DNA from: a virus
Taxonomy: Duplodnaviria; Caudoviricetes
DNA: 64,000 bases
Reading direction: 5' to 3' (one strand)
Virus record (IMG/VR): IMGVR_UViG_3300027586_000007
Span: 1-64,000 of that record
Part shown: piece after piece, positions 1-8,928 of the stretch
Layout of the letters: each line of letters begins with the position of its first letter
Position numbering within the stretch: the stretch's first letter is position 1
Translations under genes and position numbers: made by a program
Notes under the pieces: model-generated
Databases searched by the model: none
Told to the model about the DNA's origin: nothing
Seen by the model: the letters and a program-made list of their open reading frames with translations, nothing else

Positions 1-1
1 A

Positions 2-652
2 AATATTGCAACTGCTAAATCAGCGGCAGAAGCCACAGCATCAGCTGACGCAACATCAAAGGCCAACGCCGCTCAAGCAGCAGCAGAAGCCACAGCATCA
101 GCTGACGCAACATCTAAGGTAGCAGCAGAAGCCACTCTTAGAGTATCAGGTGACGCAGCATCAGTAGCGACAGCAGCAGCTGACGCTACAACTAAAGCTA
201 ACGCCGCTCAAGCAGCCGCTGCAACAGACGCTACAACTAAGGCTAACGCCGCTCAAGCAGCAGCGGAAGCAACTGCAGCAGCAGCCAATGCAGCACAGCA
301 AGCAGGAACAACAGCATTTACAGCGTTAAACGTAAATGATCAAGCCAAGCAGTTTGCGGCTTCATCTTCTGGAACAGCATCAGTTGCTGGAACAGCTTAT
401 GAGTGGGCAAAGGCAGACTATCGCTCAGCTAAGGTTCTTGTTAAGATTGATAACGCAACACATAACGAAGTTTCAGAAGTTTTAATAACACTAGATGCAT
501 CAGATAACGTAGCAATTACAGAATATGCAATTGTCGGAACTAATGGATCAAGAGGAACTATTACAGCAGATGTATCAGGTTCAAATGTAAGAATAAGAGT
601 AACTCCAGTAGATAACTCAACAGTTAAAGTATCTGGAACACTTCTTAAATAA
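2..652 (+). CDS. 5'-truncated virion/tail-fibre-like protein (Ala-rich DATTKANAAQAAA repeats + C-terminal beta domain)
   Basis: Frame 2 is open from the window start to TAA 650-652. It reads NIATAKSAAEATASADATSKANAAQAAA... and ends ...VRIRVTPVDNSTVKVSGTLLK. Not in the ORF track because it lacks a start. Confidence 0.8.
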   Translation, partial: NIATAKSAAEATASADATSKANAAQAAAEATASADATSKVAAEATLRVSGDAASVATAAADATTKANAAQAAAATDATTKANAAQAAAEATAAAANAAQQAGTTAFTALNVNDQAKQFAASSSGTASVAGTAYEWAKADYRSAKVLVKIDNATHNEVSEVLITLDASDNVAITEYAIVGTNGSRGTITADVSGSNVRIRVTPVDNSTVKVSGTLLK

Positions 653-662
653 TTAAATAAAA

Positions 663-689
663 GGTATGGGGTCCTTTCAAAACCCCACC
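663..689 (+). terminator. Stem-loop after first ORF, possible terminator
   Basis: GGT-A-TGGGGT...ACCCCA-CC inverted repeat just after the stop; no U-tract. Confidence 0.35.
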
Positions 690-718
690 AAAAACAATTA
701 GGGGATATGTGAACTTAA

Positions 719-1081
719 ATGGCAACAGTAAATAAGAACTTTAGAGTAAAGAACGGGTTAAATGTAGCAGGCACTGCGACGTTTGACTCTAGTATTGTAT
801 TAGGAACAGCCCCAATATCTTTTGATACAGCAACAAATAGGCTACAAGTCCAAATTGATGGAACTTGGCAGCCTATAGCTTTGTATTCAGAAATTCCAAA
901 TGAAGCAGAAATGCTTTCATTTATGGATGTCGGACTGGCTATTGATTACAATGGGCAGCCAACATATATAGTACAGGCAAATGGAGTCATAACATCAGGA
1001 ACAAGCAAGTATGTTTCTGGAGGAGATCCTTCAACCGCCGAGTTTGGAATGACGTTTGATTCAGGAGCATTAGTAGCATAA
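719..1081 (+). CDS. Hypothetical virion-associated protein
   Basis: 120-aa ORF with GGGGA RBS; N-terminal KNFRVKNGLNV resembles phage fibre N-termini. Confidence 0.6.
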   Translation: MATVNKNFRVKNGLNVAGTATFDSSIVLGTAPISFDTATNRLQVQIDGTWQPIALYSEIPNEAEMLSFMDVGLAIDYNGQPTYIVQANGVITSGTSKYVSGGDPSTAEFGMTFDSGALVA

Positions 1082-1103
1082 TGTTAAGTTATAAAGGTTT
1101 AAA

Positions 1104-1112
1104 TGCTATAAT
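1104..1112 (+). promoter_or_regulatory. Extended -10 promoter TGCTATAAT
   Basis: Perfect TGn-TATAAT upstream of the 1143 ORF; the same motif recurs across the window. Confidence 0.55.
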
Positions 1113-1142
1113 TTCAATATATCAATTTAAAGGGGTGGCATA

Positions 1143-3740
1143 ATGTCAACAGTAAGAATTCAAGTAAGAAGAGGTACAGCCTCTGAATGGACCGCAGCAA
1201 ATCCAATATTAGCTGCAGGTGAAATGGGTGTTGAAACAAACACTAATTTATTTAAGTTTGGTAATGGAACAGCTACATGGACAGCCCTAGCATATGCCAA
1301 CAACTCAGATGTAGCAATTGGTGAAATTTCCCAGGATGCTATAAACACAGCCTTAACAATGGGCGCAGGACTAACAAAGACTTATAACGATGGAGCAAAT
1401 ACAATTACTATAACTGTTGATACAGATGTAGTTGCAACTAAAACATTTGCTACTTCAGAAGCAACAACCAAGGCTAGCGCAGCACAAGCAGCCGCAATCG
1501 CAGCAGCAGCAACTGACGCTACAACCAAGGCTAGCGCAGCACAAGCAGCCGCAATCGCAGCAGCAGCAACAGATGCTACTACAAAATCAGCGGCAGCAAG
1601 AGACGCAGCAGAAGATTACACAGATGCTGCAGTAAATACAGTAAGCAATTCTCTTTCAGGATACCTAGAAACAGGAGATAGAGGAACTGCTGGTGGAGTT
1701 GCTTCATTAGATTCAAATACTAAAATTTTACAATCAGAACTTCCTTTGAACTCTCTTACAACTGATATTTCAACAACTGGCGACATATTTGCCAACGACA
1801 TTGTTGTCAGCGGTAACCTTGCGGTTAATGGAACAATGACAACTATTAATACAGAAAACTTTGAAGTTCAAGATACACTTCTTTTAATGGCAAAAGGCAA
1901 TCAGTCTGGAATGTTAGACTTAGGCTTTGTTGTTGGACATAATACTGGAGTATTTAATCACACAGGATTTGTCCGTGACGCTTCAGAAGATAAGTGGAAG
2001 TTGTTTAAGGGCGTTACAGCACAGCCTACAACTACAGTTAACTTTACACAAGGATCATTAGACGCCATAGCAGTTGGAAGACTAGAATCAACAGAATCTG
2101 TTCTTAATAATCCAACATTAACTGGAACAGTAGTTCTTCCAAGCTCATCAATTATAGGTGAAAACATTGCAGTAAATGCTGTAGCATCATCTAAAATTAC
2201 AGATGGAGCTATTACAGAAGCAAAGGTTGCAGCAAATGCAATAACAGAAGGCAAAATAGCAGCTAACTCAGTAACTAATGCTAAGATTGCAAACGGAGCA
2301 ATTACATCAGACAAAATTGCAGCAAACTCAATTGCTCAATCACATTTAGGTGATGACTCAGTTGGAACAAATGAAATTAGTGGACTTGCTGTTACAACAG
2401 CGAAAATAGCCACATCCGCAGTAACCGCAGATAAGATTGCAACAGATGCTGTTACAACAGAAAAGATAGCCACATCTGCAGTAACTGCAGACGAGATTGC
2501 AGGTCTAGCTGTTACTTCAGCAAAGATTGCAGTAGATGCTGTTACAACAGAAAAGATAGCAACATCTGCAGTAACTACAGACGAGATTGCAGTTCTAGCT
2601 GTTACTTCAGCAAAGATTGCTGACGGAGCAGTTCTTGCAGCAAAGATTGCCGATTTAGCAGTAAATGGTACAAAGATTGCAGATGGCGCAGTTGATACAG
2701 CAAAGATTGTAGACGGCGCAATTACATCAGCTAAAATTACAAATGAAACAATTGTAAACGCAGACATTAGCCCTACAGCAGCAATTGCTCAAAGTAAAAT
2801 TGATGGACTAGGAGAATCTTTAACAGCGCTGGCCCCAATTGCATCTCCAACATTTACAGGCACAGTAGTTCTACCAAATACAACATCAATTGGAAATCTT
2901 TCTGCAACAGAACTTGGATACCTAGACGGAATTACATCTTCTGTGCAGACACAAATTGGTACAGCAGCAACAGCACTTTCAAATCACGAATCAGACACAA
3001 CCAATATTCACGGAATCGCAGATACTTCAGTACTTGCAACTGCTACAACAGTAGCAACTGCTAAGTCAGAAGCAATTGCAGCAGCAGCAACTGACGCTAC
3101 AACTAAGGCCAACGCAGCTCAAGCAGCAGCAGAAGCCACAGCAGCAGCAGCACTTTCAGGTGCAATTTCAACAGAGGTTTCAGGTCGTAACTCTGCAATT
3201 GCAACTGCTAAGTCAGAAGCTATTGCAGATGCAACAGCTCAGGTAAATGCAGTAATTGCAGCAGCCCCAGCAGCACTTAATACACTAGATGAACTTGCAG
3301 CAGCACTTGGTGATGACGCCAACTTTGCAGGAACTATAACATCTAGCGTTGCATTAAAAGCACCAATCGCTAGCCCAACATTTACTGGAACAGTAACAGT
3401 TGCAGCAGCAGGAATTGCGTTCTCAGATGGAACACAGACACGAGCTGGAGTTCCCTCTATCACAGAGTTTACTGGGCTTGCAGCTGGCGATGTGCTTCCA
3501 TTAAATTCACAAGATAAATTTGTAGCTTTAACTGGAGCTCAGCAAGTTACTCTTCCTGCAACAGGATATTCAATGGGACAATCAATTGATTTCTGGCAAC
3601 AGACTGGAACTGGCGCATCATTTGCTTCAACAAACGGCGTTGTAGGAACTCCAGGATTAAAGTTCAGAACAACAAATTCAGTTGTAACAGCATTAAAAAT
3701 TTCAAGCGGATGGTTGGTCTTCGGAGACCTTTCAGCGTAA
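1143..3740 (+). CDS. Tail fibre-like protein with Mtd_N-type N-terminal domain and AVTxxKIA repeats
   Basis: N-terminus IQVRRGTASEWTAANPILAAGEMGVETNTNLFKFGNGTATWTALAY matches the major tropism determinant N-terminal motif; 10-aa repeats; APIASPTFTG fibre motifs. Confidence 0.75.
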   Translation: MSTVRIQVRRGTASEWTAANPILAAGEMGVETNTNLFKFGNGTATWTALAYANNSDVAIGEISQDAINTALTMGAGLTKTYNDGANTITITVDTDVVATKTFATSEATTKASAAQAAAIAAAATDATTKASAAQAAAIAAAATDATTKSAAARDAAEDYTDAAVNTVSNSLSGYLETGDRGTAGGVASLDSNTKILQSELPLNSLTTDISTTGDIFANDIVVSGNLAVNGTMTTINTENFEVQDTLLLMAKGNQSGMLDLGFVVGHNTGVFNHTGFVRDASEDKWKLFKGVTAQPTTTVNFTQGSLDAIAVGRLESTESVLNNPTLTGTVVLPSSSIIGENIAVNAVASSKITDGAITEAKVAANAITEGKIAANSVTNAKIANGAITSDKIAANSIAQSHLGDDSVGTNEISGLAVTTAKIATSAVTADKIATDAVTTEKIATSAVTADEIAGLAVTSAKIAVDAVTTEKIATSAVTTDEIAVLAVTSAKIADGAVLAAKIADLAVNGTKIADGAVDTAKIVDGAITSAKITNETIVNADISPTAAIAQSKIDGLGESLTALAPIASPTFTGTVVLPNTTSIGNLSATELGYLDGITSSVQTQIGTAATALSNHESDTTNIHGIADTSVLATATTVATAKSEAIAAAATDATTKANAAQAAAEATAAAALSGAISTEVSGRNSAIATAKSEAIADATAQVNAVIAAAPAALNTLDELAAALGDDANFAGTITSSVALKAPIASPTFTGTVTVAAAGIAFSDGTQTRAGVPSITEFTGLAAGDVLPLNSQDKFVALTGAQQVTLPATGYSMGQSIDFWQQTGTGASFASTNGVVGTPGLKFRTTNSVVTALKISSGWLVFGDLSA
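1464..1570 (+). repeat. 50-bp perfect direct repeat, 57-bp period (TTKASAAQAAAIAAAA)
   Basis: acaaccaaggctagcgcagcacaagcagccgcaatcgcagcagcagcaac at 1464-1513 and 1521-1570. Confidence 0.9.
2180..2740 (+). repeat. Coding 30-nt/10-aa degenerate repeat (A-V/I-T-x-x-K-I-A-x-x)
   Basis: About 18 imperfect units, e.g. AVTTAKIATS AVTADKIATD AVTTEKIATS. Confidence 0.8.
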
Positions 3741-3761
3741 TAGGATAAGGGAGATATATAA

Positions 3762-5138
3762 ATGTCAAAACAAGTAGGTAGAATGAGCCAGTCATCAAAT
3801 GACTTTTTAGCCCCTTATGCACCAACAATAGGAACAGCTACAAACGTTGGCACAAATCGCCCATATGGCAATGGTGCAGTTACAGTAACGTTTACACCTG
3901 AAGGGCCTTATGCCGCAACATCATTTACAGCATCTGGTTTTTGTAGCGTACACAATACTACTCACACAGCAACAGGATCATCTTCACCATTAACTATAAC
4001 TGGTTTTGGTGTAGGTGCAGTTACAACTATTACAGTAACAGCAACAAATGCAGAAGGAACATCAGCTCCATCTGCAGCATCTAATTCTGTGACAGTCACA
4101 ACAGTACCAGATGCGCCAAGTGCTGCATCTGCAACTGCAGGAGTTAATGCAAATACAGTCCAATGGACAGCTCCAAATAATGGTGGATCAGCAATAACAA
4201 ATTATTATGTAGCTGGAAACGATGGAACATCTGGTAATACAGCTTCTACATCAACATCTATTAATGATGCCGCCAATACTTCTCAGTATTATAACGTATA
4301 TGCAGACAATGCAAACGGAAGATCAGCTGCTTCTAATAACACTAATACCGTTACTACACAAGCACCGTTCTTCCCACCATTCTTCCCACCAGGGTTCTTT
4401 GCCCCACCGTTCTTCCCACCAAGCTTTTTCTCACCACCGTTCTTTCCACCAAGCTTCTTCTCACCACCGTTCTTTCCACCAAGCTTCTTCTCACCACCAT
4501 TCTTCCCACCAAGCTTCTTCTCACCACCATTCTTCCCACCAAGCTTCTTCTCACCACCGTTCTTCCCACCGTTCTTCCCACCGTTCTTCCCACCATTCTT
4601 CCCACCGTTCTTCCCACCATTCTTCCCACCGTTCTTCCCACCAGGGTTCTTTGCCCCACCAAGATTCGGTTGCATAAATGAAGACACTTTAATACTTACA
4701 TCTGAAGGCTATAAGATGGCTAAAGATATAAAAATTGGAGATATGCTAATAAGCTTGTCATTTGATAAATTGCCAAATGAAGGTGAGTACGACCCAGCAA
4801 CTTGGGAAGATACACATCTTGGTAACGCAAAAGTAATTGAGTCAAAGATATTCTCAATACAAGCTACATTGCAGAATGAAACATTTATGATTAACAATGA
4901 CGATACCGCAAGATTCTCTTTGCAAGAAGAAATTCTAGCACTCAGAGGAAATACTTATAAATTTGTTACCCCAGCGGGCATACAAATTGGAGATCAGATA
5001 GTTTACAGATCTGATGAAGAAATTAAGTATCTGGCAGTAGAGTCAGTCGATACAGTAGATGTAAGCTCTATAGTTTATAGATTCTTTACCGACCCAGACG
5101 TATTAGTCCTAGGACAATCGTTTATAATTAGAAACTAA
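3762..5138 (+). CDS. FN3-domain protein with PPFF/PPSFFS repeat and C-terminal Hint (intein/Hedgehog-like) domain
   Basis: Two FN3-like units (TVPDAPSAASAT...VQWTAPNNGGSAITNYYV), a ~100-aa Pro/Phe repeat, then G|CINEDTLILTSEGYKMAKDIKIGD...VYRFFTD...FIIRN-stop (Hint block A and terminal Asn). Confidence 0.8.
   Translation: MSKQVGRMSQSSNDFLAPYAPTIGTATNVGTNRPYGNGAVTVTFTPEGPYAATSFTASGFCSVHNTTHTATGSSSPLTITGFGVGAVTTITVTATNAEGTSAPSAASNSVTVTTVPDAPSAASATAGVNANTVQWTAPNNGGSAITNYYVAGNDGTSGNTASTSTSINDAANTSQYYNVYADNANGRSAASNNTNTVTTQAPFFPPFFPPGFFAPPFFPPSFFSPPFFPPSFFSPPFFPPSFFSPPFFPPSFFSPPFFPPSFFSPPFFPPFFPPFFPPFFPPFFPPFFPPFFPPGFFAPPRFGCINEDTLILTSEGYKMAKDIKIGDMLISLSFDKLPNEGEYDPATWEDTHLGNAKVIESKIFSIQATLQNETFMINNDDTARFSLQEEILALRGNTYKFVTPAGIQIGDQIVYRSDEEIKYLAVESVDTVDVSSIVYRFFTDPDVLVLGQSFIIRN
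4365..4667 (+). repeat. Tandem coding repeat: 5 x 30 bp (PPFFPPSFFS) + 7 x 12 bp (PPFF), flanked by PPGFFA units
   Basis: 30-bp units at 4404-4553 and 12-bp units at 4554-4637, counted from the sequence. Confidence 0.95.
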
Positions 5139-5159
5139 AAATAAGCGTATAATAAGAGA

Positions 5160-5186
5160 GGGAGCAGTCAATCTGCTCCCTTTCTT
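5160..5186 (+). terminator. Rho-independent terminator
   Basis: GGGAGCAG-TCAAT-CTGCTCCC followed by TTTCTT. Confidence 0.85.
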
Positions 5187-5187
5187 A

Positions 5188-5217
5188 TTGACAATATGAA
5201 TTTTTAAATGCTATAAT
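5188..5217 (+). promoter_or_regulatory. Consensus sigma70/sigmaA promoter, leaderless
   Basis: TTGACA-N18-TATAAT with TG extension; ATG 7 nt downstream at 5225. Confidence 0.85.
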
Positions 5218-5224
5218 AAATATT

Positions 5225-5938
5225 ATGGATAACATAAATGATAAATATAAATTTTCTTCAAAAGAAGAGCTTTTCCCAGGCGTTTGGGTATATAGAAACG
5301 CAATTAAAAAAGAATTAAATGTTATTGAAAGACTTAATGAAATAGGCGAGTCAGCAATTAAAGACAACGATTCCAGATTTCTTTGGACCTTTGGATTTGT
5401 TGGCTATAGCGAAAAAAGGCCAGACTACAGAGACTGTGAAGATATTAAGGTTGGCGACATACCAAATCCTAGAACAGAAACAGAAAAACTAGTTTCTAGT
5501 TTGTGGCAAGATCTAAAAAAATCTCAAAATCCAGCAGTAGAAGATTATTGTGCAAAGCATAATGTAAAAATGAATTACTGGGAAGTTATGAACTGTATTC
5601 GTTATGGAGAAGGACAGCATTTTCAAGAACACGCAGACCATGGATTTTCTTACAGTGCCACAGTTTCTCTTGTAGCATATGTTAATGATGAGTACGAAGG
5701 CGGAAATTTATATTTTCCAAAAATAGGTCTTGATATTAAACCACAAGCTGGAGACCTATACATTTTCCCATCAACATATTTGTTTTCTCATAGAGCTATG
5801 CCAGTAAAATCTGGAATGAAATTTTCAATTGTTACAATGTTAGACTATAACGATCATCAGCACAGACAAGAATTTATGGAGATGAGATCAAAGTGGGTAG
5901 AGGAAGACGCTAAGACTGGCAAAAACCCCTATGCATAA
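5225..5938 (+). CDS. 2OG-Fe(II) oxygenase, prolyl-4-hydroxylase-like
   Basis: HAD...YVNDEYEGGNLYFP...HRAMPVKSGMKF: HxD...H facial triad and basic 2OG-binding residue. Confidence 0.85.
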   Translation: MDNINDKYKFSSKEELFPGVWVYRNAIKKELNVIERLNEIGESAIKDNDSRFLWTFGFVGYSEKRPDYRDCEDIKVGDIPNPRTETEKLVSSLWQDLKKSQNPAVEDYCAKHNVKMNYWEVMNCIRYGEGQHFQEHADHGFSYSATVSLVAYVNDEYEGGNLYFPKIGLDIKPQAGDLYIFPSTYLFSHRAMPVKSGMKFSIVTMLDYNDHQHRQEFMEMRSKWVEEDAKTGKNPYA

Positions 5939-6641
5939 CATAAAGGCTTGGGAGATAAGAGATGGTTACGGAATAGTAGAACCGCTTTCTATAAAAAGAA
6001 AATGGATGGATAATACTTGGGAAGCTCACGCATACAAGTGTTTTCCAGTAGGACTAACTAATCAGCTTGGCTGGTCAATATCATTCCCAGAGGATATAAG
6101 CTTTATTTGGGACGGAGTAAGCGATGCTAGCCCAGATCATGTTAAAATTTTATCTGGAGAAAAATATGCATATGCAGGTAGAGCTAACGGGACTATAAGT
6201 TTTAACACTGGGCTTATGTTTAAAACAGAAGATAATTTAAGCATGCTTTCTATGCCAGTCCCAAATTTATTTTTTGATGGCGCTGTACCATTTACAACAT
6301 TAATCAGCACTTCTTTTTTTAGGGGAGAAATCCCAGTGGCCTGGATGATTACTAAGCCAAATGAAATTCTAACAATAGAGGCTGGAACCCCAATAATAGC
6401 CATTCTACCAATTGATCTAGCATCCCTTCAAGGCTCTGAGATAAATTTTGAGTCAATGTCTACTATGCCAGCCAGCCAGTTTGATTCAGACAAATACTCT
6501 GAGATAATTTATGATTTAAATAGATCTGGGGTATGGTCAAATTTTTACAGAGATGCCGTAGACCATTTAAAAAATGCTATAGGCAAGCATCAGGTAAAGG
6601 CATTAAGGCTAGTTGTAAATAAAGAAAATAAAGACAAATAA
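5931..6641 (+). CDS. Hypothetical protein, DUF6065-like
   Basis: AYKCFPVGLTNQLGWSISFPEDISFIWDG resembles my recollection of the DUF6065 N-terminal motif; not searched. Confidence 0.55.
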   Translation: MHNIKAWEIRDGYGIVEPLSIKRKWMDNTWEAHAYKCFPVGLTNQLGWSISFPEDISFIWDGVSDASPDHVKILSGEKYAYAGRANGTISFNTGLMFKTEDNLSMLSMPVPNLFFDGAVPFTTLISTSFFRGEIPVAWMITKPNEILTIEAGTPIIAILPIDLASLQGSEINFESMSTMPASQFDSDKYSEIIYDLNRSGVWSNFYRDAVDHLKNAIGKHQVKALRLVVNKENKDK

Positions 6642-6659
6642 AGATTATAAACCACAATA

Positions 6660-6668
6660 TGGTAAAAT
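6660..6668 (+). promoter_or_regulatory. Extended -10 TGGTAAAAT
   Basis: Intergenic, upstream of the 6693 ORF. Confidence 0.45.
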
Positions 6669-6692
6669 TAATTACCAGGGGAAGAAGATAAA

Positions 6693-7367
6693 ATGAAACC
6701 GCAAAACGAATGGCATGACAACAGACCAGTATCTATTACACCCTCTGGTTTTTTTGGCAACTCCATAGACAACATTGTTGAAATAAGAGACTTTCTTTCA
6801 TTAGAAGAAAGAAAAAGATTGATGGACTTTGCCTTATCTAATAAAATTTGGGATGTAACTGAAACTCACGTTGATGAAGACGGACTAGTCTTGTATGATC
6901 ACAAAATTTGGGAAGATAGAGTATGTACAATGAACTCATTGCGAGCTTCAGATCCCAGCATACTAGAACTTATTTATAGCATGATTGACAGACTAAAGAT
7001 TGAAGTAGATAAATTTTTTGATGTTGACGCAAAAGAAACTGGTCCAGCAATTGTTAAGTGGCCAATAGGTGCAAGACAAGAGCCTCACGCAGATAAAGAA
7101 TTTCATTCTGGTCCAGAAAAGGGAAGACCAAATGATTTCCCGTGGTACGATTTAGCTGGCCTTTTTTATTTTAACGATGATTATGAAGGTGGAGAACTTT
7201 ATTTCCCACAACACGGAATTGAATTTCAGCCAGTAGCAGGAGCAGCATATTTTTTCCCAGGAGACATGAATTATACTCACGGGGTAAGGCCAGTAAAATC
7301 TGGCAACCGATTTACATCTCCATTCTTTTGGACGATATCTAAACATACAGGAGACAGACAACCATGA
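6693..7367 (+). CDS. 2OG-Fe(II) oxygenase, P4H-like
   Basis: HADKE...YFNDDYEGGELYFP...HGVRPVKSGNRF. Confidence 0.87.
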   Translation: MKPQNEWHDNRPVSITPSGFFGNSIDNIVEIRDFLSLEERKRLMDFALSNKIWDVTETHVDEDGLVLYDHKIWEDRVCTMNSLRASDPSILELIYSMIDRLKIEVDKFFDVDAKETGPAIVKWPIGARQEPHADKEFHSGPEKGRPNDFPWYDLAGLFYFNDDYEGGELYFPQHGIEFQPVAGAAYFFPGDMNYTHGVRPVKSGNRFTSPFFWTISKHTGDRQP

Positions 7368-8179
7368 GTAACTTAAATTATATAGAGATTTATCCAAATG
7401 TAGAAGTTTACAGAGATGTTCTTACTGATCCACAAAAAATGTACGAAGTAATGAAAGAGTCTGAAAGAACTTCAGAGGGCAAGCATTTTTTAAAGACATG
7501 GGATCCATGGGCACACTTTGGCACTTATACACAAAAAAAGAATCCAATGGAGATATCTGATGATCAGCAGTCAGATGAAATGTTTATTAAAGAAAAGAAT
7601 TTTGTAGAAGAGGTTGAGGCTGCCTATCATGCAGTTTTAATGGACTACGTAGAAAGACATAACATTAGTTTGCCAGATGGCTGGAGATTTAGCGGATGCT
7701 CATACTCAAAGTATAATCCACAAATTAACACTTTAGATAACAAAATGACAATGCAGTATCATACAGATCATATAACATCTCAAAAAGATATGCCTGGAGA
7801 CAAATTTTTTATAACTTGTACAATGTATATAAATGATGACTACGATGGTGGTGACATTGAATTTTTTGTAGACGGTAAGCTTATTAATCATAAGCCAGTT
7901 TCTGGAGATATTTTAGTTTTCCCATCTACAGAGCCATATTATCACGGAGTTAAAACTATTGAAAATAACGAGAAGTTCTTTGTAAGAAACTTTGTTATGA
8001 CACCATTTGATGGAACAAAAGAATGGTTAAACAACCAAAAGACTTATGGGGCATATAAGTGGGCTCAGATGGAAGCGGAAAGAATTAAGCACGAAGACCC
8101 AAGAAACATGAGATATTTGGAAAATGGTGTACCAACATTTTACGATGATCTTGCTAATATAAAGGGAGAAAATAAATAA
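7364..8179 (+). CDS. 2OG-Fe(II) oxygenase, P4H-like
   Basis: HTDH...YINDDYDGGDIEF...HGVKTIENNEKF; ATGA overlap with the upstream gene. Confidence 0.85.
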   Translation: MSNLNYIEIYPNVEVYRDVLTDPQKMYEVMKESERTSEGKHFLKTWDPWAHFGTYTQKKNPMEISDDQQSDEMFIKEKNFVEEVEAAYHAVLMDYVERHNISLPDGWRFSGCSYSKYNPQINTLDNKMTMQYHTDHITSQKDMPGDKFFITCTMYINDDYDGGDIEFFVDGKLINHKPVSGDILVFPSTEPYYHGVKTIENNEKFFVRNFVMTPFDGTKEWLNNQKTYGAYKWAQMEAERIKHEDPRNMRYLENGVPTFYDDLANIKGENK

Positions 8180-8928
8180 TGGAAAGAGACATGGTTGTAA
8201 CAAGACATAAATCAGATATAGTTGTATATGACAATTTCTTGACTCCAGAAGAGTGCGCTGCAATTATTAAAGTCCTAGACATAAAAATGCAAAAAGAAGA
8301 ATTGAAGTGGATGCCTATTTCTTTCTATGAATCATATTCATCTGGTATGCCAGAAGTCAATGATCCAGATACAATTGCTTGCGGATTGCCAGGAGATTTT
8401 TTTCAAGTACTAAGACAAAGAGTAATTGACGCAACAGCCGATATGGCTGGTAAAAATCCTGAGCAAATGTCACAAATTAGTTGGCACTCTCAGAGATGGG
8501 CACCTGGCGCATTTGCAAATATGCATTCAGATAACACAGATAATGAAGGCAACTCTGGTGCATTTACAAGAAGCAGATACGCAACATTTATTTACTTAAA
8601 TGATGACTTTGAAGATGGAGTTTTAAATTTTAAGCATGGGCTAACGATTGTTCCAAAGACTGGAAGCATGGCCACATTTGCTGGAGGATTTGAAAACACT
8701 CACGAAGTTACAACAGTAAAGAAAGCAATTCGATATACACTCGGATCTTTTTGGGATGACAGAGAAGAATCAGATTACCCACAAGAGGTAAGAGATAAGT
8801 GGGCAGAAGAGCTTGCTGAAGTAAGAGCGTATCAAAAGGTAGAGGCTACCGAGTGGGAAGATATTCGTAACCAAGGACTAAGAATTACTGCATCTGGAGA
8901 AAAATATTCAGCCAAGGAAGTAGAATAA
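8179..8928 (+). CDS. 2OG-Fe(II) oxygenase, P4H-like
   Basis: HSDN...YLNDDFEDGVLNF...HEVTTVKKAIRY. Confidence 0.85.
   Translation: MERDMVVTRHKSDIVVYDNFLTPEECAAIIKVLDIKMQKEELKWMPISFYESYSSGMPEVNDPDTIACGLPGDFFQVLRQRVIDATADMAGKNPEQMSQISWHSQRWAPGAFANMHSDNTDNEGNSGAFTRSRYATFIYLNDDFEDGVLNFKHGLTIVPKTGSMATFAGGFENTHEVTTVKKAIRYTLGSFWDDREESDYPQEVRDKWAEELAEVRAYQKVEATEWEDIRNQGLRITASGEKYSAKEVE

Noticed and set aside
1143-1300. Diversity-generating retroelement suggested by the Mtd_N-like domain
   Set aside because: No reverse transcriptase, and no TR/VR pair differing at adenines, seen in the window; Mtd_N alone is a common fibre anchor.
4222-4687. His/Ser-rich (+), GGKN (-) and GRTV (-) alternative-frame ORFs
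   Set aside because: Shadows of the PPFF repeat. Only third positions of the PPFF frame vary, and only that frame links FN3 to Hint.
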